A DNA stretch of 64,000 nucleotides, taken from positions 1 to 64,000 of the IMG/VR virus record IMGVR_UViG_3300046787_000508. The stretch is one strand, 5' to 3'. Shown piece by piece: positions 36,605-48,000 of this stretch. Every line of letters begins with the position of its first letter. The first letter of the stretch is position 1. A program made the translations under genes and the position numbers. The notes under the pieces were generated by a model. It made no database searches. It was not told where the DNA came from and worked only from the letters and a program-made list of their open reading frames with translations. This DNA is from a virus (Duplodnaviria; Caudoviricetes).

Positions 36605-38776
36605 TTATATGTCGATTTTAACCGCAAATACTTGAGTTCCCGTTCTTACGATTGGTTTCGGTACTTTAGCTATAACTAATACTTCTTTATTTTCATTTAA
36701 AAGTGCAACTTCAGTGATTCGTTTTGGTTTACCTGTAATGAACGATGGGTTTTGAGTTGTTGTAAATTCACCTGAAGGAAGATTAATTAAAAATCTCATA
36801 ACCTCTAAGTCAATTGCTCTTACCAATCGAATACTACCTGTAAATGGTTGTTCGTCACCAAACTCAGGAGTCGTCAATAAATGAGTACTACCAGGGTATT
36901 CATTAGGGAAATCTATCGAAGGTTGTAGATAAGTTTCCAAATCATACCTACTTGCGTTTTCATAATCACTATTTGATATTACAAAACGTTTGTTTCTTAG
37001 ATTAACAGGGTCAATGTTACTACCAACTGTGTGTCCAGGTATTTCGGGTGTAAAATCAATAATTTTCCACATAGTTGGGTCAGGTTGATTTCCCGTATCT
37101 ACTTTCTGTACTAATATTTCAAATTTGTTTGCTATGAATCCTGTTGTACTACCTAATAGTGTTGTTTTCATGTGTCTAAATTCAGTTTCACTGAACTTTA
37201 TTGACACGTCTCCCGGTGTTGTTGTTCCTGTTATTTTAGTATAGTAATTACAGTGTAATCCGTTCAATCTTGTATCACCCGTATATTCTAAAATGTATGT
37301 TACAAAAATTGTTTGTCCTGTTGTACCTGACATTAATGGTGTCAATGGTTCACCATCCGTACCACATTTAGTGTCAGTTGGTACCATAGCAATTCTTGGT
37401 GCCGGTAATGTGTAACGTCTGTTTGATTTGTAATCTAACGCAGCAACAATTTCTTCGTCATCAAAAATAATAACTTTATGGTTGTAAAAAACCTTACCAA
37501 CTTTGTGACCATCCTCATCTATTAGATAACGATATTTCATTTGGTTAAGTTTAGTATCAATTGCTGTTGAATCAATTGACATGTCCATTGTACCCATGAA
37601 AAATCTCGCACCTACAGTTGTCCCTGTGGTTCTGTGATAATAAATGAACGGAATATAAATTTCAAAATATTCTAAATCCGTCAACGGGTCACCAAAACTG
37701 TCATCTAAAAGTGCATCGTCAGTTACATTATTCGTACTGATATAATCTTCATATTTAAACCCTAAATCAGGGTCTCTTAGAATGTCCCCAACTTTAGAAT
37801 AGTGAATCACACTAATACATTTTTGTTCTTCAGGTAAAACAATCACAGTATCTCCAAATGAGTTTGTTATTGTCGTTCCTGTATTTGATGTTTGTCCCGA
37901 TGATGTGTTATATCCAAAGAATTCTTTAGTTGACACAAATACGTTACTTGTGTAACCCGATAATCTCTCGTCCTCAACTAAACCATACATATCGGAACCA
38001 TAATCCATACCTGCCGGTTTCTTACTCCATACTGTGTTTAATGTCCATGGGTCTTGTTGGTCCTCAGGCATCGGTGGTATAGGTAAACATACCTTTGTCT
38101 CATCATGTGCACCGGGATATTGTGGTGAACATTCATTACATATGATGGTAATGTCTTTTGATTCTAAATCCGAATAATCGGGCATCGGTCTATCTAACGT
38201 TAATATGTTAGTTGTTTCTCCTGTAACTAAGTTAGTGATTCTATAAACTAAACTTGACGCGTCGTCTTGGATAGTATCGTTTGAACAATATAATACATCG
38301 AAATATATGGTTATGTATTTACAATTATTAAATGTTGTTCCCGCCGGTACAACTAAAGAAGATGTTCCGTTAACTACACTAATATCTACTTGTTCCCATC
38401 CACATTCTACCGTTGTTCCTTCACATAATTCAGAATCATATTCAATGTAATTTGACACATATCCTGCAGGTCCCATCACATTTCTAATTGTTTCAGTTTG
38501 TGAAACTTGAATTGGATTACCAAATGTTGTTCCCGTTAATGACGATTCTGAAATCTTATATGGATATTTTACTTGATTATCTTTATCTAAAGGTGTGAAA
38601 ACTTTTTGAGCTGGTCTTGTTGATGTTCCATCGAATTCAGAAAACGCATAATCAAACTCAGAATCTCCAAGTTGGAAATAGTGAATGTTAAAATCACCTT
38701 GCGCAATTTTTTTTCTACCTTTATTGGTTATTCTTGCCGCTAAGTGTTCTGAATTTATTTCATTTAAAAAGCTCAT
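36605..38776 (-). CDS. Putative virion structural (tail/baseplate) protein
   Basis: 723 aa; ITNKGRKK...FQLGDSEFDY N-terminus; ITEVAL...VIAK..KPI C-terminus. Confidence 0.6.
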   Translation of the reverse strand: MSFLNEINSEHLAARITNKGRKKIAQGDFNIHYFQLGDSEFDYAFSEFDGTSTRPAQKVFTPLDKDNQVKYPYKISESSLTGTTFGNPIQVSQTETIRNVMGPAGYVSNYIEYDSELCEGTTVECGWEQVDISVVNGTSSLVVPAGTTFNNCKYITIYFDVLYCSNDTIQDDASSLVYRITNLVTGETTNILTLDRPMPDYSDLESKDITIICNECSPQYPGAHDETKVCLPIPPMPEDQQDPWTLNTVWSKKPAGMDYGSDMYGLVEDERLSGYTSNVFVSTKEFFGYNTSSGQTSNTGTTITNSFGDTVIVLPEEQKCISVIHYSKVGDILRDPDLGFKYEDYISTNNVTDDALLDDSFGDPLTDLEYFEIYIPFIYYHRTTGTTVGARFFMGTMDMSIDSTAIDTKLNQMKYRYLIDEDGHKVGKVFYNHKVIIFDDEEIVAALDYKSNRRYTLPAPRIAMVPTDTKCGTDGEPLTPLMSGTTGQTIFVTYILEYTGDTRLNGLHCNYYTKITGTTTPGDVSIKFSETEFRHMKTTLLGSTTGFIANKFEILVQKVDTGNQPDPTMWKIIDFTPEIPGHTVGSNIDPVNLRNKRFVISNSDYENASRYDLETYLQPSIDFPNEYPGSTHLLTTPEFGDEQPFTGSIRLVRAIDLEVMRFLINLPSGEFTTTQNPSFITGKPKRITEVALLNENKEVLVIAKVPKPIVRTGTQVFAVKIDI

Positions 38777-38807
38777 ATTTTAATTTTTTTTTAATCTCAT
38801 ATCGTTA

Positions 38808-39572
38808 TTAAGAACAACCACCTATCATTGGCCAAAATGAACTATGTGATATGTTTATCGGGGTCGTGTCTAATAATGTTCCACCACTACTGTATAATTT
38901 TAAATCACCGGATACATTTCCAAAACCATTTGTCTCAGTGTATGTTAATAAACCTTGACCTTGTGAATATAATGGGGTACCACTGTATGTTGCCGTTGCC
39001 GACGAAGATATTGAAGGTGTATATGTTACATAATATCCAACTGGTGCATTGTAAACATATACAGGGAAATACATAGTACATTGTGCGTTATCATTACAAT
39101 TTCCTGACCTACAAATAGGACTAGTGCCCAAACTAACAGATGGTTCTGCCACTGCCGTCGGTGTTGGGGTTGGTGTAGGTGTTGGTGTCGGAGTTGGTGT
39201 TTGAACAACCTCAGTAGGTGTTGGTGTAGGGGTTGGTGTTTGAACAACTGCGGTAGGTGTTGGTGTAGGTGTTTGAACAACCGCTGTAGGGGTTGGTGTT
39301 GGGGTATCTACAGGTGGTGTATCACATACCACCGTTGTACCGTAAGACCATTTACTTTGTACCGGCCCACATATAGTTCTAACCGCATAATGATATGATT
39401 CACCATTAACCAAACCTGGTATGGTAACACTTAATGTTCCAAAAGAAACAGGTGTAGGTGTTATACCATCCAACGACGTTGCGTTCAATGCGTACTTATA
39501 TTCAAATGAACAATCGGTACACGACGCCAATGAAGTTGGTTTAGACCATGAAAATGTTAATGTTGCACTCAT
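38808..39572 (-). CDS. FN3-like domain plus PT-repeat virion protein
   Basis: SWSKP...YKY...GL.NG.SY.Y.VRT.C; TPTPT linker. Confidence 0.7.
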   Translation of the reverse strand: MSATLTFSWSKPTSLASCTDCSFEYKYALNATSLDGITPTPVSFGTLSVTIPGLVNGESYHYAVRTICGPVQSKWSYGTTVVCDTPPVDTPTPTPTAVVQTPTPTPTAVVQTPTPTPTPTEVVQTPTPTPTPTPTPTPTAVAEPSVSLGTSPICRSGNCNDNAQCTMYFPVYVYNAPVGYYVTYTPSISSSATATYSGTPLYSQGQGLLTYTETNGFGNVSGDLKLYSSGGTLLDTTPINISHSSFWPMIGGCS

Positions 39573-39596
39573 GTTTTATAAATATTCTTGTTTGAC

Positions 39597-40238
39597 TTAT
39601 CTATTAGTGTTATTTAAGAAATGATTCTCATCTGTCTCTAAAAATTCATTAACACTAAATGTTGTTATTGTTATTGGATTTGGATTATTTTGTACTTTAC
39701 TAATCATTTTATCCGTATCCTTAATTGTTCCGTAATTTCTTTGTATCAAATGTTCAGTTAATAATGTTGCATCACTATATGTCCTTAAATCTGATTCCTG
39801 TATATCGTCACCAATTTGTTTTTTAACATAACCAATTTTTTTATGGTTAACATCTTGTTGGAAGAAATTACTTTCCTCCATTTCAGAATATGTTAAATTT
39901 TTAGGTCTACTTTCATACCAACTAACATCAACTAATAAATTATAAGTGTTAAGTGCTAAATCGGTTAAATAATTTAAATCCTCTTCTATTTTTTCGTTAG
40001 TTTGTGAACCACCAACTAAACATATGTCAACATCCCAAGTTGTATTAAAATCAAACAGAACTCCACCCATTACATAAACATCATAATCAGTTAAAATACT
40101 TGTATTAGTTTGAATATGTGTTAAAAATGTTTTTAATTTTTCGTATGTTGGTCTACCCCAAGGTGTTGTTGTTGAAACCACACCTCTTTGGTATAAGAAA
40201 TATTGACCGTGTATTGATTCCCTATTAAATGTTGTCAT
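39597..40238 (-). CDS. Pol-beta-superfamily nucleotidyltransferase-like protein
   Basis: VYVMGGVLFDFNTTWDVDI (hGG-x-DhD) plus LLVDV third Asp. Confidence 0.65.
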   Translation of the reverse strand: MTTFNRESIHGQYFLYQRGVVSTTTPWGRPTYEKLKTFLTHIQTNTSILTDYDVYVMGGVLFDFNTTWDVDICLVGGSQTNEKIEEDLNYLTDLALNTYNLLVDVSWYESRPKNLTYSEMEESNFFQQDVNHKKIGYVKKQIGDDIQESDLRTYSDATLLTEHLIQRNYGTIKDTDKMISKVQNNPNPITITTFSVNEFLETDENHFLNNTNR

Positions 40239-40256
40239 AATTAATTAATTAAAATT

Positions 40257-41630
40257 TTAATATCCTCCTCCGCTACCTCCTCCGCTAGGGCAGTTAGCGA
40301 TACATGTTGCTTCGTCAGCATACGCTCCGTTTAACACATATGAACAATTACCTAATCCATCACAATCCCAACCATATGTTCCAACAGGTGTTGCAGTTGG
40401 AGTTGGGGTAGGTGTCGGTGTAATTGGGTTATTAACACAATTATGTTCCGCATCACAACTACCGTATTGTATTACGTCAAATGAAGTTACGGCATATTGT
40501 CCATCATAGAAAATTGGGTTACTTTTTGAACAAATATAATAAGTGTATGTACCATCTTGATTATCATACGCCTCAACACCTCCTGTCGCGTTCACCGTTA
40601 CTGTTGTGTTAGAACCTAGTGGTGTGTATACCACAGTTAAACCACTATTTAATTGTATTTCACTTGTATTTAAGGTGTAACTATAACATAAACCGCTATC
40701 ACCCACTATCGGTGTAGGGGTTGGTGTAGGTGGTGTTGGTGTAGGGTCTACACCTCCACAATCCGCACTTGTTGTACACTCACCATTTACGGTTTCAGTA
40801 ATATTAGCATCTGCATTAATTAAATCCATTCCATTATACGTGTAATAGATATTTGTATTATCTTTTATACAAATGTTAAATTCGACTCCGAGTTCATTTC
40901 CACCACTATCTGGAAATTCGGTATATACTGCATTGACCTGTACATCATTTGGTGTTGTGTAAAGTATTCGTAGGTTTTGACCTTCAAATGAAAGTGCAGA
41001 ACTATTAATTGTTAAAATATAACATGTACCCGCTAAAGGTACCACTGTTGGCGTCGGAGTAGGTGTTTGAGCAACTGCAGTTGGTGTAGGGGTTGGTGTA
41101 TCTCCTACAGCCGTTGGTGTTGGAGTTGGTGTTTGAACGACTTCGGTAGGGGTTGGGGTTGGTGTAGGTGTTGAAGTTGGAGTTGGTGTAGGGGTAGCAT
41201 CCGAAACACATGCTGCCGTTAATGAAAATGGTGGGTAACAATCGTGATAACAAATTGCAGTTAATGCTTCAGGTTGTGGGCAACATGATTGATACGCAAT
41301 TGGGTCGTGTAAATAAATGTTCTCAATAATGTATCTTGGTATTTCTGTACCATCTGATAACATAGTTTTTGTTACAGTATCTTCAATTTTAACCCAACAA
41401 TTACTATTGAAGTCTAATCCATTACTTGATATTTCAATACTTGTAGTGCCGGCAGGATACGTTGGACACGTATTATAACTTGAATAGTCAGTACCGTTAT
41501 GGTAATACGTGTAACCTGTTGTAACTGTGAATCCTCCGTAGGCACTATCGTCACCAATAACCGATTTAAAGGAAACCTTAAACGGATTTGGTGAAACAAT
41601 GTTCGTAATATTAACTCTTAAATAACCCAT
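40257..41630 (-). CDS. PT-repeat, Cys-rich modular virion protein
   Basis: 457 aa; TPTPT stalks separating two paralogous Cys-bracketed domains. Confidence 0.7.
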   Translation of the reverse strand: MGYLRVNITNIVSPNPFKVSFKSVIGDDSAYGGFTVTTGYTYYHNGTDYSSYNTCPTYPAGTTSIEISSNGLDFNSNCWVKIEDTVTKTMLSDGTEIPRYIIENIYLHDPIAYQSCCPQPEALTAICYHDCYPPFSLTAACVSDATPTPTPTSTPTPTPTPTEVVQTPTPTPTAVGDTPTPTPTAVAQTPTPTPTVVPLAGTCYILTINSSALSFEGQNLRILYTTPNDVQVNAVYTEFPDSGGNELGVEFNICIKDNTNIYYTYNGMDLINADANITETVNGECTTSADCGGVDPTPTPPTPTPTPIVGDSGLCYSYTLNTSEIQLNSGLTVVYTPLGSNTTVTVNATGGVEAYDNQDGTYTYYICSKSNPIFYDGQYAVTSFDVIQYGSCDAEHNCVNNPITPTPTPTPTATPVGTYGWDCDGLGNCSYVLNGAYADEATCIANCPSGGGSGGGY

Positions 41631-41676
41631 ATCTACATAAATACTTTATGGAAAGTTTAGTGTTAATAATATAAAT

Positions 41677-41703
41677 AAAAAAACCCCTTTTGTGAAGGGG
41701 TTT
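41677..41703 (-). terminator. Rho-independent terminator
   Basis: AAACCCCTT/AAGGGGTTT stem with a U-tract on the - strand. Confidence 0.8.
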
Positions 41704-41726
41704 ATTGTGTTATTATAAAATGTTAA

Positions 41727-42209
41727 TTATATGATTCCACCGTCACAACTAAAATCCTGTGCGGTCACTTGTTCAAGGAATGTGTGAGACGTTTCAGATT
41801 CACCTATTGTTCCCTCAAATACAAAGATGTAATCCACATTTCCACTTCCACTGATTCTGATGAATTCTCCACCTATAGGTGAGAATCCTAATTCGGTACC
41901 TGTAAAGACAACAGCCGCAGGTGCATTTCCAATTGGATGTGCCGTTGCGTTTTGTGAACAATAAGGTATAAATGTGTAAGTTTGATTCGCCGATACTGGT
42001 ACGTTTATGGAATTGATGCACGCACCGTCACTTGTTATGTCAAAACTTGTTACGGTATCGGGAATATTAATGTATTCTTGTCCTGCAGCCAAATCGGCTC
42101 TTGACACATTGGTCGCTACCGAGTATGAACCTGGTTGCCCTACGATGTCAAATGGTCCAACGTTTACTGATGAACCTACTGTTAATGTGAATGTTGCTGA
42201 AAATGACAT
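41727..42209 (-). CDS. Hypothetical virion protein
   Basis: 160 aa; GPFDI...VATNVSRADL; TATTTAT upstream. Confidence 0.7.
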   Translation of the reverse strand: MSFSATFTLTVGSSVNVGPFDIVGQPGSYSVATNVSRADLAAGQEYINIPDTVTSFDITSDGACINSINVPVSANQTYTFIPYCSQNATAHPIGNAPAAVVFTGTELGFSPIGGEFIRISGSGNVDYIFVFEGTIGESETSHTFLEQVTAQDFSCDGGII

Positions 42210-42274
42210 ATCTTTTTGTTTTAAATTTGTTTATTATAAATATCTGTTTATTTTGTTTTATTTGTTTTTTTTAT

Positions 42275-43954
42275 TTACACTTGTTCATCAAATTCATTAC
42301 AAGGAATTTGGAAGTTACTACAAGGTACTACTTGTTCAATACAAGGTGATGACACATTATCTCTACAGAAATAACCTCCACTTGGCGGTACAGGTGTTGG
42401 GGTTGGAGCGATATAAGGGTCGGCACCTCCACACCATTCACTATTATCACATTTTCCATTTGTTACCACATCAAGACCTGCGTCTATAAATCCACTACCA
42501 TTAACACCATATTTAAATGATGGGTATTGTGTTGAACATATGTGTATGATGTAATCATTAATTGGTGAGAAATCAGTGGGGAAACTATAATATGGTTCAG
42601 ATACGTACGTTGTGTCAGTTTTCCTATAAGTGACATATAAACTTTCACCATTATAAGTTAACATGCTCGATGGAATTGTTATCGTGTAACAAGTACCAGT
42701 ACATGAAGTAGTGTCAACCACTCCACTATATGTAACACATCCATTTGCATCTGTCACTTCAACACAGTAACCATATTCATCAATACCTGTTACGGTAACC
42801 GATGGAGAACCTGAAGTTATATTTGTGTAAGTACCAATTAAATCTCCACTTCCACAAGAAACATAAGGTGCCGTTGTGTCGGCATATAGTTTATATGTTT
42901 TAGGGAACACCCCACCTAAAGATGATAATGTAATAACACCATCTGCAGTACCGTTACATGTGGCATATGTGTTTACCACAATACTCGCCGATTGTTCAGA
43001 TGGTTGTGTAAGTGTTACGTTATAAGTAGTAACATAACCATCTGAATCAGTAACATATACATCGTAATTTCCTTGTGTTAAGTTAGAATAAGTCCTACTT
43101 GTTGTTGTTAATTGGTACGTTCCTCCGGCACCTAATTTAACATAATAAGGTGAACCTATTCCACCTGAAATATTTGAAACCACAATGGTTCCATTACTAC
43201 CACCGTAACAATTAACGTTAGTGACATCAACATTTGCAGATACCGGAGGCACTGGTGTAGGTGTTGGGGTCGATGTATTAGTTGGTGTAGGGGTCGGCGT
43301 ATTAGTTGGTGTAGGTGTTGGGGTATTAGTTGGTGTTGGGGTATTAGTTGGCGTATTAGTTGGCGTTGGGGTAGGTGTAGGTGTTGGTGTTGGTACAAAT
43401 GTTGTTAGTACCACATCAAAACTACAGTTCAATGTCGGTGTAGGTGTTGGTGTTGCAGTTGGTGTAGGTGTAGGAGTTGGTGTCACAGTGGTAATATCAA
43501 CATCAAAACTACAATCTAATGTTGGAGTTGGTGTAGGTGTTGCCGTTGGTGTATTAGTTGGAGTTGGGGTTGGTGTAGGGGTAATAATGTTCACATCCAC
43601 GTCAAAACCACAATCTAATGTTGGGGTCGGTGTAGGTGTTGGTGTAGGTGTTGGCACAAACGTTGATAATATCACATCGAAACTACAATCCAAAGTAGGT
43701 GTTGGGGTTGGCGTCGGAGTGGCGGTATTTGTCGGTGTCGGCGTTGGTGTTGGTGTGTTAGTAGGTGTTGGAGTCGGCGTTGGTGGTGGGCAATCGATAA
43801 CTGATAATAATAGTCCGTTTAGTTGTTGTCTATATATGTTATTAAATGAATAATACCCATCTGGTGCCAAAGTTGTACGAGGACTATCAATCCATATTTT
43901 GGTTGCGGTCTCGAATGATGACGTATCGATAAAGTATGTTCCTGTAGTTGCCAT
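42275..43954 (-). CDS. PT-repeat protein with LDCxFDV nodes and two SprB-like repeats
   Basis: [11 protein letters not shown]...GG...Y...[10 protein letters not shown] and TCNGTADG.I...VEVTDANGC. Confidence 0.75.
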   Translation of the reverse strand: MATTGTYFIDTSSFETATKIWIDSPRTTLAPDGYYSFNNIYRQQLNGLLLSVIDCPPPTPTPTPTNTPTPTPTPTNTATPTPTPTPTLDCSFDVILSTFVPTPTPTPTPTPTLDCGFDVDVNIITPTPTPTPTNTPTATPTPTPTLDCSFDVDITTVTPTPTPTPTATPTPTPTLNCSFDVVLTTFVPTPTPTPTPTPTNTPTNTPTPTNTPTPTPTNTPTPTPTNTSTPTPTPVPPVSANVDVTNVNCYGGSNGTIVVSNISGGIGSPYYVKLGAGGTYQLTTTSRTYSNLTQGNYDVYVTDSDGYVTTYNVTLTQPSEQSASIVVNTYATCNGTADGVITLSSLGGVFPKTYKLYADTTAPYVSCGSGDLIGTYTNITSGSPSVTVTGIDEYGYCVEVTDANGCVTYSGVVDTTSCTGTCYTITIPSSMLTYNGESLYVTYRKTDTTYVSEPYYSFPTDFSPINDYIIHICSTQYPSFKYGVNGSGFIDAGLDVVTNGKCDNSEWCGGADPYIAPTPTPVPPSGGYFCRDNVSSPCIEQVVPCSNFQIPCNEFDEQV

Positions 43955-43986
43955 GTATGTTATAAATAGACTATTTTTATTTTATT

Positions 43987-44817
43987 TTAAAGAATACAGT
44001 CGCCGCCCAATTCAACTATTTTTCCTGCACTATCTAATCTTATTGAATTATAAATTCCAATGAATGACGCACTTATTGAATACCATCCAGGGGCACCAGT
44101 TACAGCAGATGTTTCACCCAATATTGGGTTCGAATATACAATAGAATTGACTTCGATAGTACCATTTGTTACCGTATATGTTCCCATAACGGCACCTGTT
44201 TGGTTACCTGCAACACACGCATCATATGATGTACTATATGGTCCAACTAAGACATAATATTGTGTCGGAGTTGACGTTGGGGTAGGTGTAGGTGTAGGTA
44301 CGATTTCACATTCGCAAGCTAATGATGGTAAATTCTCGTCATAACACAATTCAAGAGTTGTTGATTGACAACCTGATATCGATGTTACCTCAAGTTCACC
44401 CGCATTAACGGTATTGTATAATGCACAAAAAGTATGTTCCACTTGACCGTTAGTACCGTCAATAGTTCTCGTTATTTCATTACATTCACAGTCAGTATAG
44501 TAATAATTGAATATTCCAATATTTGAAGTTACGGTATAAGTGTAACAACCAATCGGTATTGTGTAACTATCGTTATTAACATTACTATCAATAGAACAGA
44601 AAGAATCGGGGTCACTCGATACAACGATACTTGTTGATTCGTCTGGAACCGAAACAATTACCCCATCAGTTGTAGATAATTCACTGAAGGTTAACCCTGT
44701 TGCCGGTAGTCCATTTGAATGTAACGTTGCTCTTTTATTTGAGTCAATGTTGTCATAGTATATATCAAATACACCATTTGATGACCCGATGACTATTCTA
44801 ACTTTTATGTATTTCAT
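43987..44817 (-). CDS. Cys-rich putative virion protein
   Basis: 276 aa; CYTYTV...YYYTDC module; short PT linker. Confidence 0.7.
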   Translation of the reverse strand: MKYIKVRIVIGSSNGVFDIYYDNIDSNKRATLHSNGLPATGLTFSELSTTDGVIVSVPDESTSIVVSSDPDSFCSIDSNVNNDSYTIPIGCYTYTVTSNIGIFNYYYTDCECNEITRTIDGTNGQVEHTFCALYNTVNAGELEVTSISGCQSTTLELCYDENLPSLACECEIVPTPTPTPTSTPTQYYVLVGPYSTSYDACVAGNQTGAVMGTYTVTNGTIEVNSIVYSNPILGETSAVTGAPGWYSISASFIGIYNSIRLDSAGKIVELGGDCIL

Positions 44818-44829
44818 TTTATGTTATTA

Positions 44830-45045
44830 TTAATTTACATTAATCCAATCGTAACAATCAGTTATTGTCGTTAAAACATCACTATGTGAATTATTTAACT
44901 CTTGACCTAATTTACAAACCATATACTCTTCAGTATTTGCATTTTTAAAAATACAATAATTAACATCGTTAATTATTTTCGTCTCAATACGTCCGGCACT
45001 TTCTAATGTTTGGTATAAAATTGCCGTTACTTCTTTTTCTTTCAT
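44830..45045 (-). CDS. Hypothetical protein
   Basis: 71-aa ORF filling the gap. Confidence 0.7.
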   Translation of the reverse strand: MKEKEVTAILYQTLESAGRIETKIINDVNYCIFKNANTEEYMVCKLGQELNNSHSDVLTTITDCYDWINVN

Positions 45046-45056
45046 TTTATATTATT

Positions 45057-48000
45057 TTATACTGTTGGTGTTGTTGTGTCATTATTATTAAGTAATCCCG
45101 AACCTGTTGTTAAATTATAGGTTAACGTGGCAATTCTTTGTCCCGATGTTGACGATTGACTTGTGATTTTTTTACCTACAGAATCTATATTATAAGTGCC
45201 TGTTGCTGTTGAATTAACCCACACGAATCCACTTTTTGTTGGTGTACCGCCTTTCCATAAAGTAGCTGCCACATTAACATTGTTATTACCAACTGTACCG
45301 AACCAAAACCCTCTTAAATCCATTACTAACTCCGTTGACGATGGATATGCGGTTTTAAATACATTTAAATTAACCAATACCGATTCAAATCCAGTACCGG
45401 TATTATCACCACCCCACGTTAAATATGGGGTACCACTCATTGGCCATTGTGATTTATAAGACCAACCAATATATTCAATTGGTGTGTCTTGACCCACAAA
45501 TGGTGTGACTATTCTTGTTCTTGTATCTAAATCATCTCCATCGGTAAATTCATAAGTTAACATCATATAATCAGCGTCAAATGTAAAGATTGACGTACCT
45601 AAAGTAAATGTAACATCGTCGGTACATTCTGAAGAATCACTTATAATTACGGTGTATTCTGTATTTGCACTTAAACCCGTTATAACAAACGGTGAAGAAC
45701 ACGAACCTTTGGAAACGCCGTTTAATGAATATGATGTTTGTCCATTTGAACCTGCGAATGTAATAGTTGCACTACCTAAAGTACCGCCCGAAACATCAAC
45801 CGTTTCCGTGGAAACTATGGTTAAATAACATGATGATGGTGGTGGTGTGTAACAAGTGGTTGATGTCCCAATTGCATATGTGGTTTTATTAAATGGATTC
45901 GGTGTTGTTATACTATTAATTGTTATACCTGTAACAACTTCACCACCACTTATTTGATTACCATATTGGACAAACGTTGATGGGGAATTGTTTGACGTTT
46001 TTACATTATATGTTCCACTAAGTCCCACGTTTTCTGTGTATACCTTAACAACCATACTAATCGGATTTGTAGTTGTTGTTGGGACGCCATCTAATACACT
46101 ATTAATGTAAAACCCACGATTAAATAACGAACCACAACGTTCTTCAACGTTCAATGTTATAGTTTGTTCTTTATAGTAATAGAAAGGTTTATTACCTATC
46201 CAATCAATTAAAGGTCGATACCAACCGGTATTTGCTTGTGAATGTGACGTGGTGTTAAAATTATTATAAACTTGGAAATCGTCCAAAGTTTCTAAATTAT
46301 TTATGAATCCCTTTTTTAAATTACCATCAGTGTATAAACTATTCGGGTCAAAACTCATGTCATTATCATACCCATTTGTTAGATATGTTAAGGTCATGGC
46401 ATTTGCGTTTGTTAAAAACCAGTTACTTGAATAATCTAAGTTCGTAGTTACTATCTGTTCTCCCGTAGTTGTTGTTGTACTATTAGATGATGACATATAA
46501 TATATTCCATCAATTACACCATTTGTTGTATGATAAAATGTACAGTATGTAGTGGTTCCCGTTACACCGTAGTATCCGTTCAAAACTTTTTGACAACCTG
46601 ATGCGTCAAAATATAGACTCTTACCGATAGTTGCGCCACCATTGTCTCTATCATCATAAAATAACGTTGCTCGGGTTGGTGTATTTTCTACTTTTAATTC
46701 ATGTGTGAAATTTACGTCCAACTCACCTATCTCCTCGTCAGCTATAACTTGACAATAATTTGCATAATTTTCAGCGTAGTCAACAGCGGCGTTAAACACG
46801 GCCAAAGCTTTATTATTAGCGTCTTGTTGACTCACACAACTAAATTCGCTTCCGTTTTCAACTGTAATAGTAGTTGAAGTTGCGGTTTCTAAATCACAAC
46901 AATTTGGAGTTACATTATGTGTTAAATTGTTATTATTATAATAAACAATTCCCGTCCCACAATAAGGTAATGGTTTTCCTGATGTGTATGATAAAACAAT
47001 CAATGAATTGTAATCAGTTACAGTTGTTGGTTCATCAGCTTTAATTGAATATTGAAATTGGAATTTAAGTGGGTCTTCATTAATCATTGCATTGGTGAAT
47101 GATAATTCTTTTGACACAATTTTATTTCCTGTTTGTGTGTAATAATAAACACCGTCACAATAATAACCATTGTTTATTGTTGTAAGTGTGGGATTTCTAT
47201 AAAGAACGGTATCGTGAGATTCGTTACTAACTTCAATATATGGACCATCTGTAAAGTGGTGTAAAAATTGTCTACAATCCTCTCTATATCTTTTTGTTTT
47301 TTTACCGAAAATAATTACTAAAAGAGCAATTAAAACTATAGCACCTAACACCCATGGATTTACTAACGCCGCACTAATCCACTGTCCAACATTTGAAAAT
47401 AAAGTTATACCCCATGGTGAAAATGGTCCAATACCACCGGCAAACCATGCTGATATGGTTGTTCCAATGGCACTTGTAGATATTGCCGAACCAATTGGAC
47501 CAATTAGAGCTAACCCTAATATAGTAGCACCTTGTGCCCAATCATTTGCGTCCCAACTTCTATCATAACCTTTTGCCACACCTAACAATAATTTACTCAA
47601 TGCATGTGTTGAACCGACAACAGGATTATGTTGACCGTTTGACATGGTATATTTAGTAAAGACACTATCATTCGATGTTTTAATGTCAGTAGAATGGTAC
47701 CCCATGTAATATCTATATTGTTCTGGTTTAGATAATGAGGATACACTTGTTATACTTCTTAGTCTCCCAACACCCTCAATAAATGGCATTGTACATGCAT
47801 CTGAAGTTTGTGCACCTGAATCGAACCACATCCTTGGTCCGAAAGTTTCGTATGTTGTTTTTGGACTTCTAAATAATTTTTTAGTAACAGTCACTTCCGT
47901 TTGTGTACCATAAGACCTATCAAAAATACCACCAACTTTATAAACGTTACTACCATAACCATAATAATAAGGTAGTGCCGGATTATTAAATCCTTTAGCG

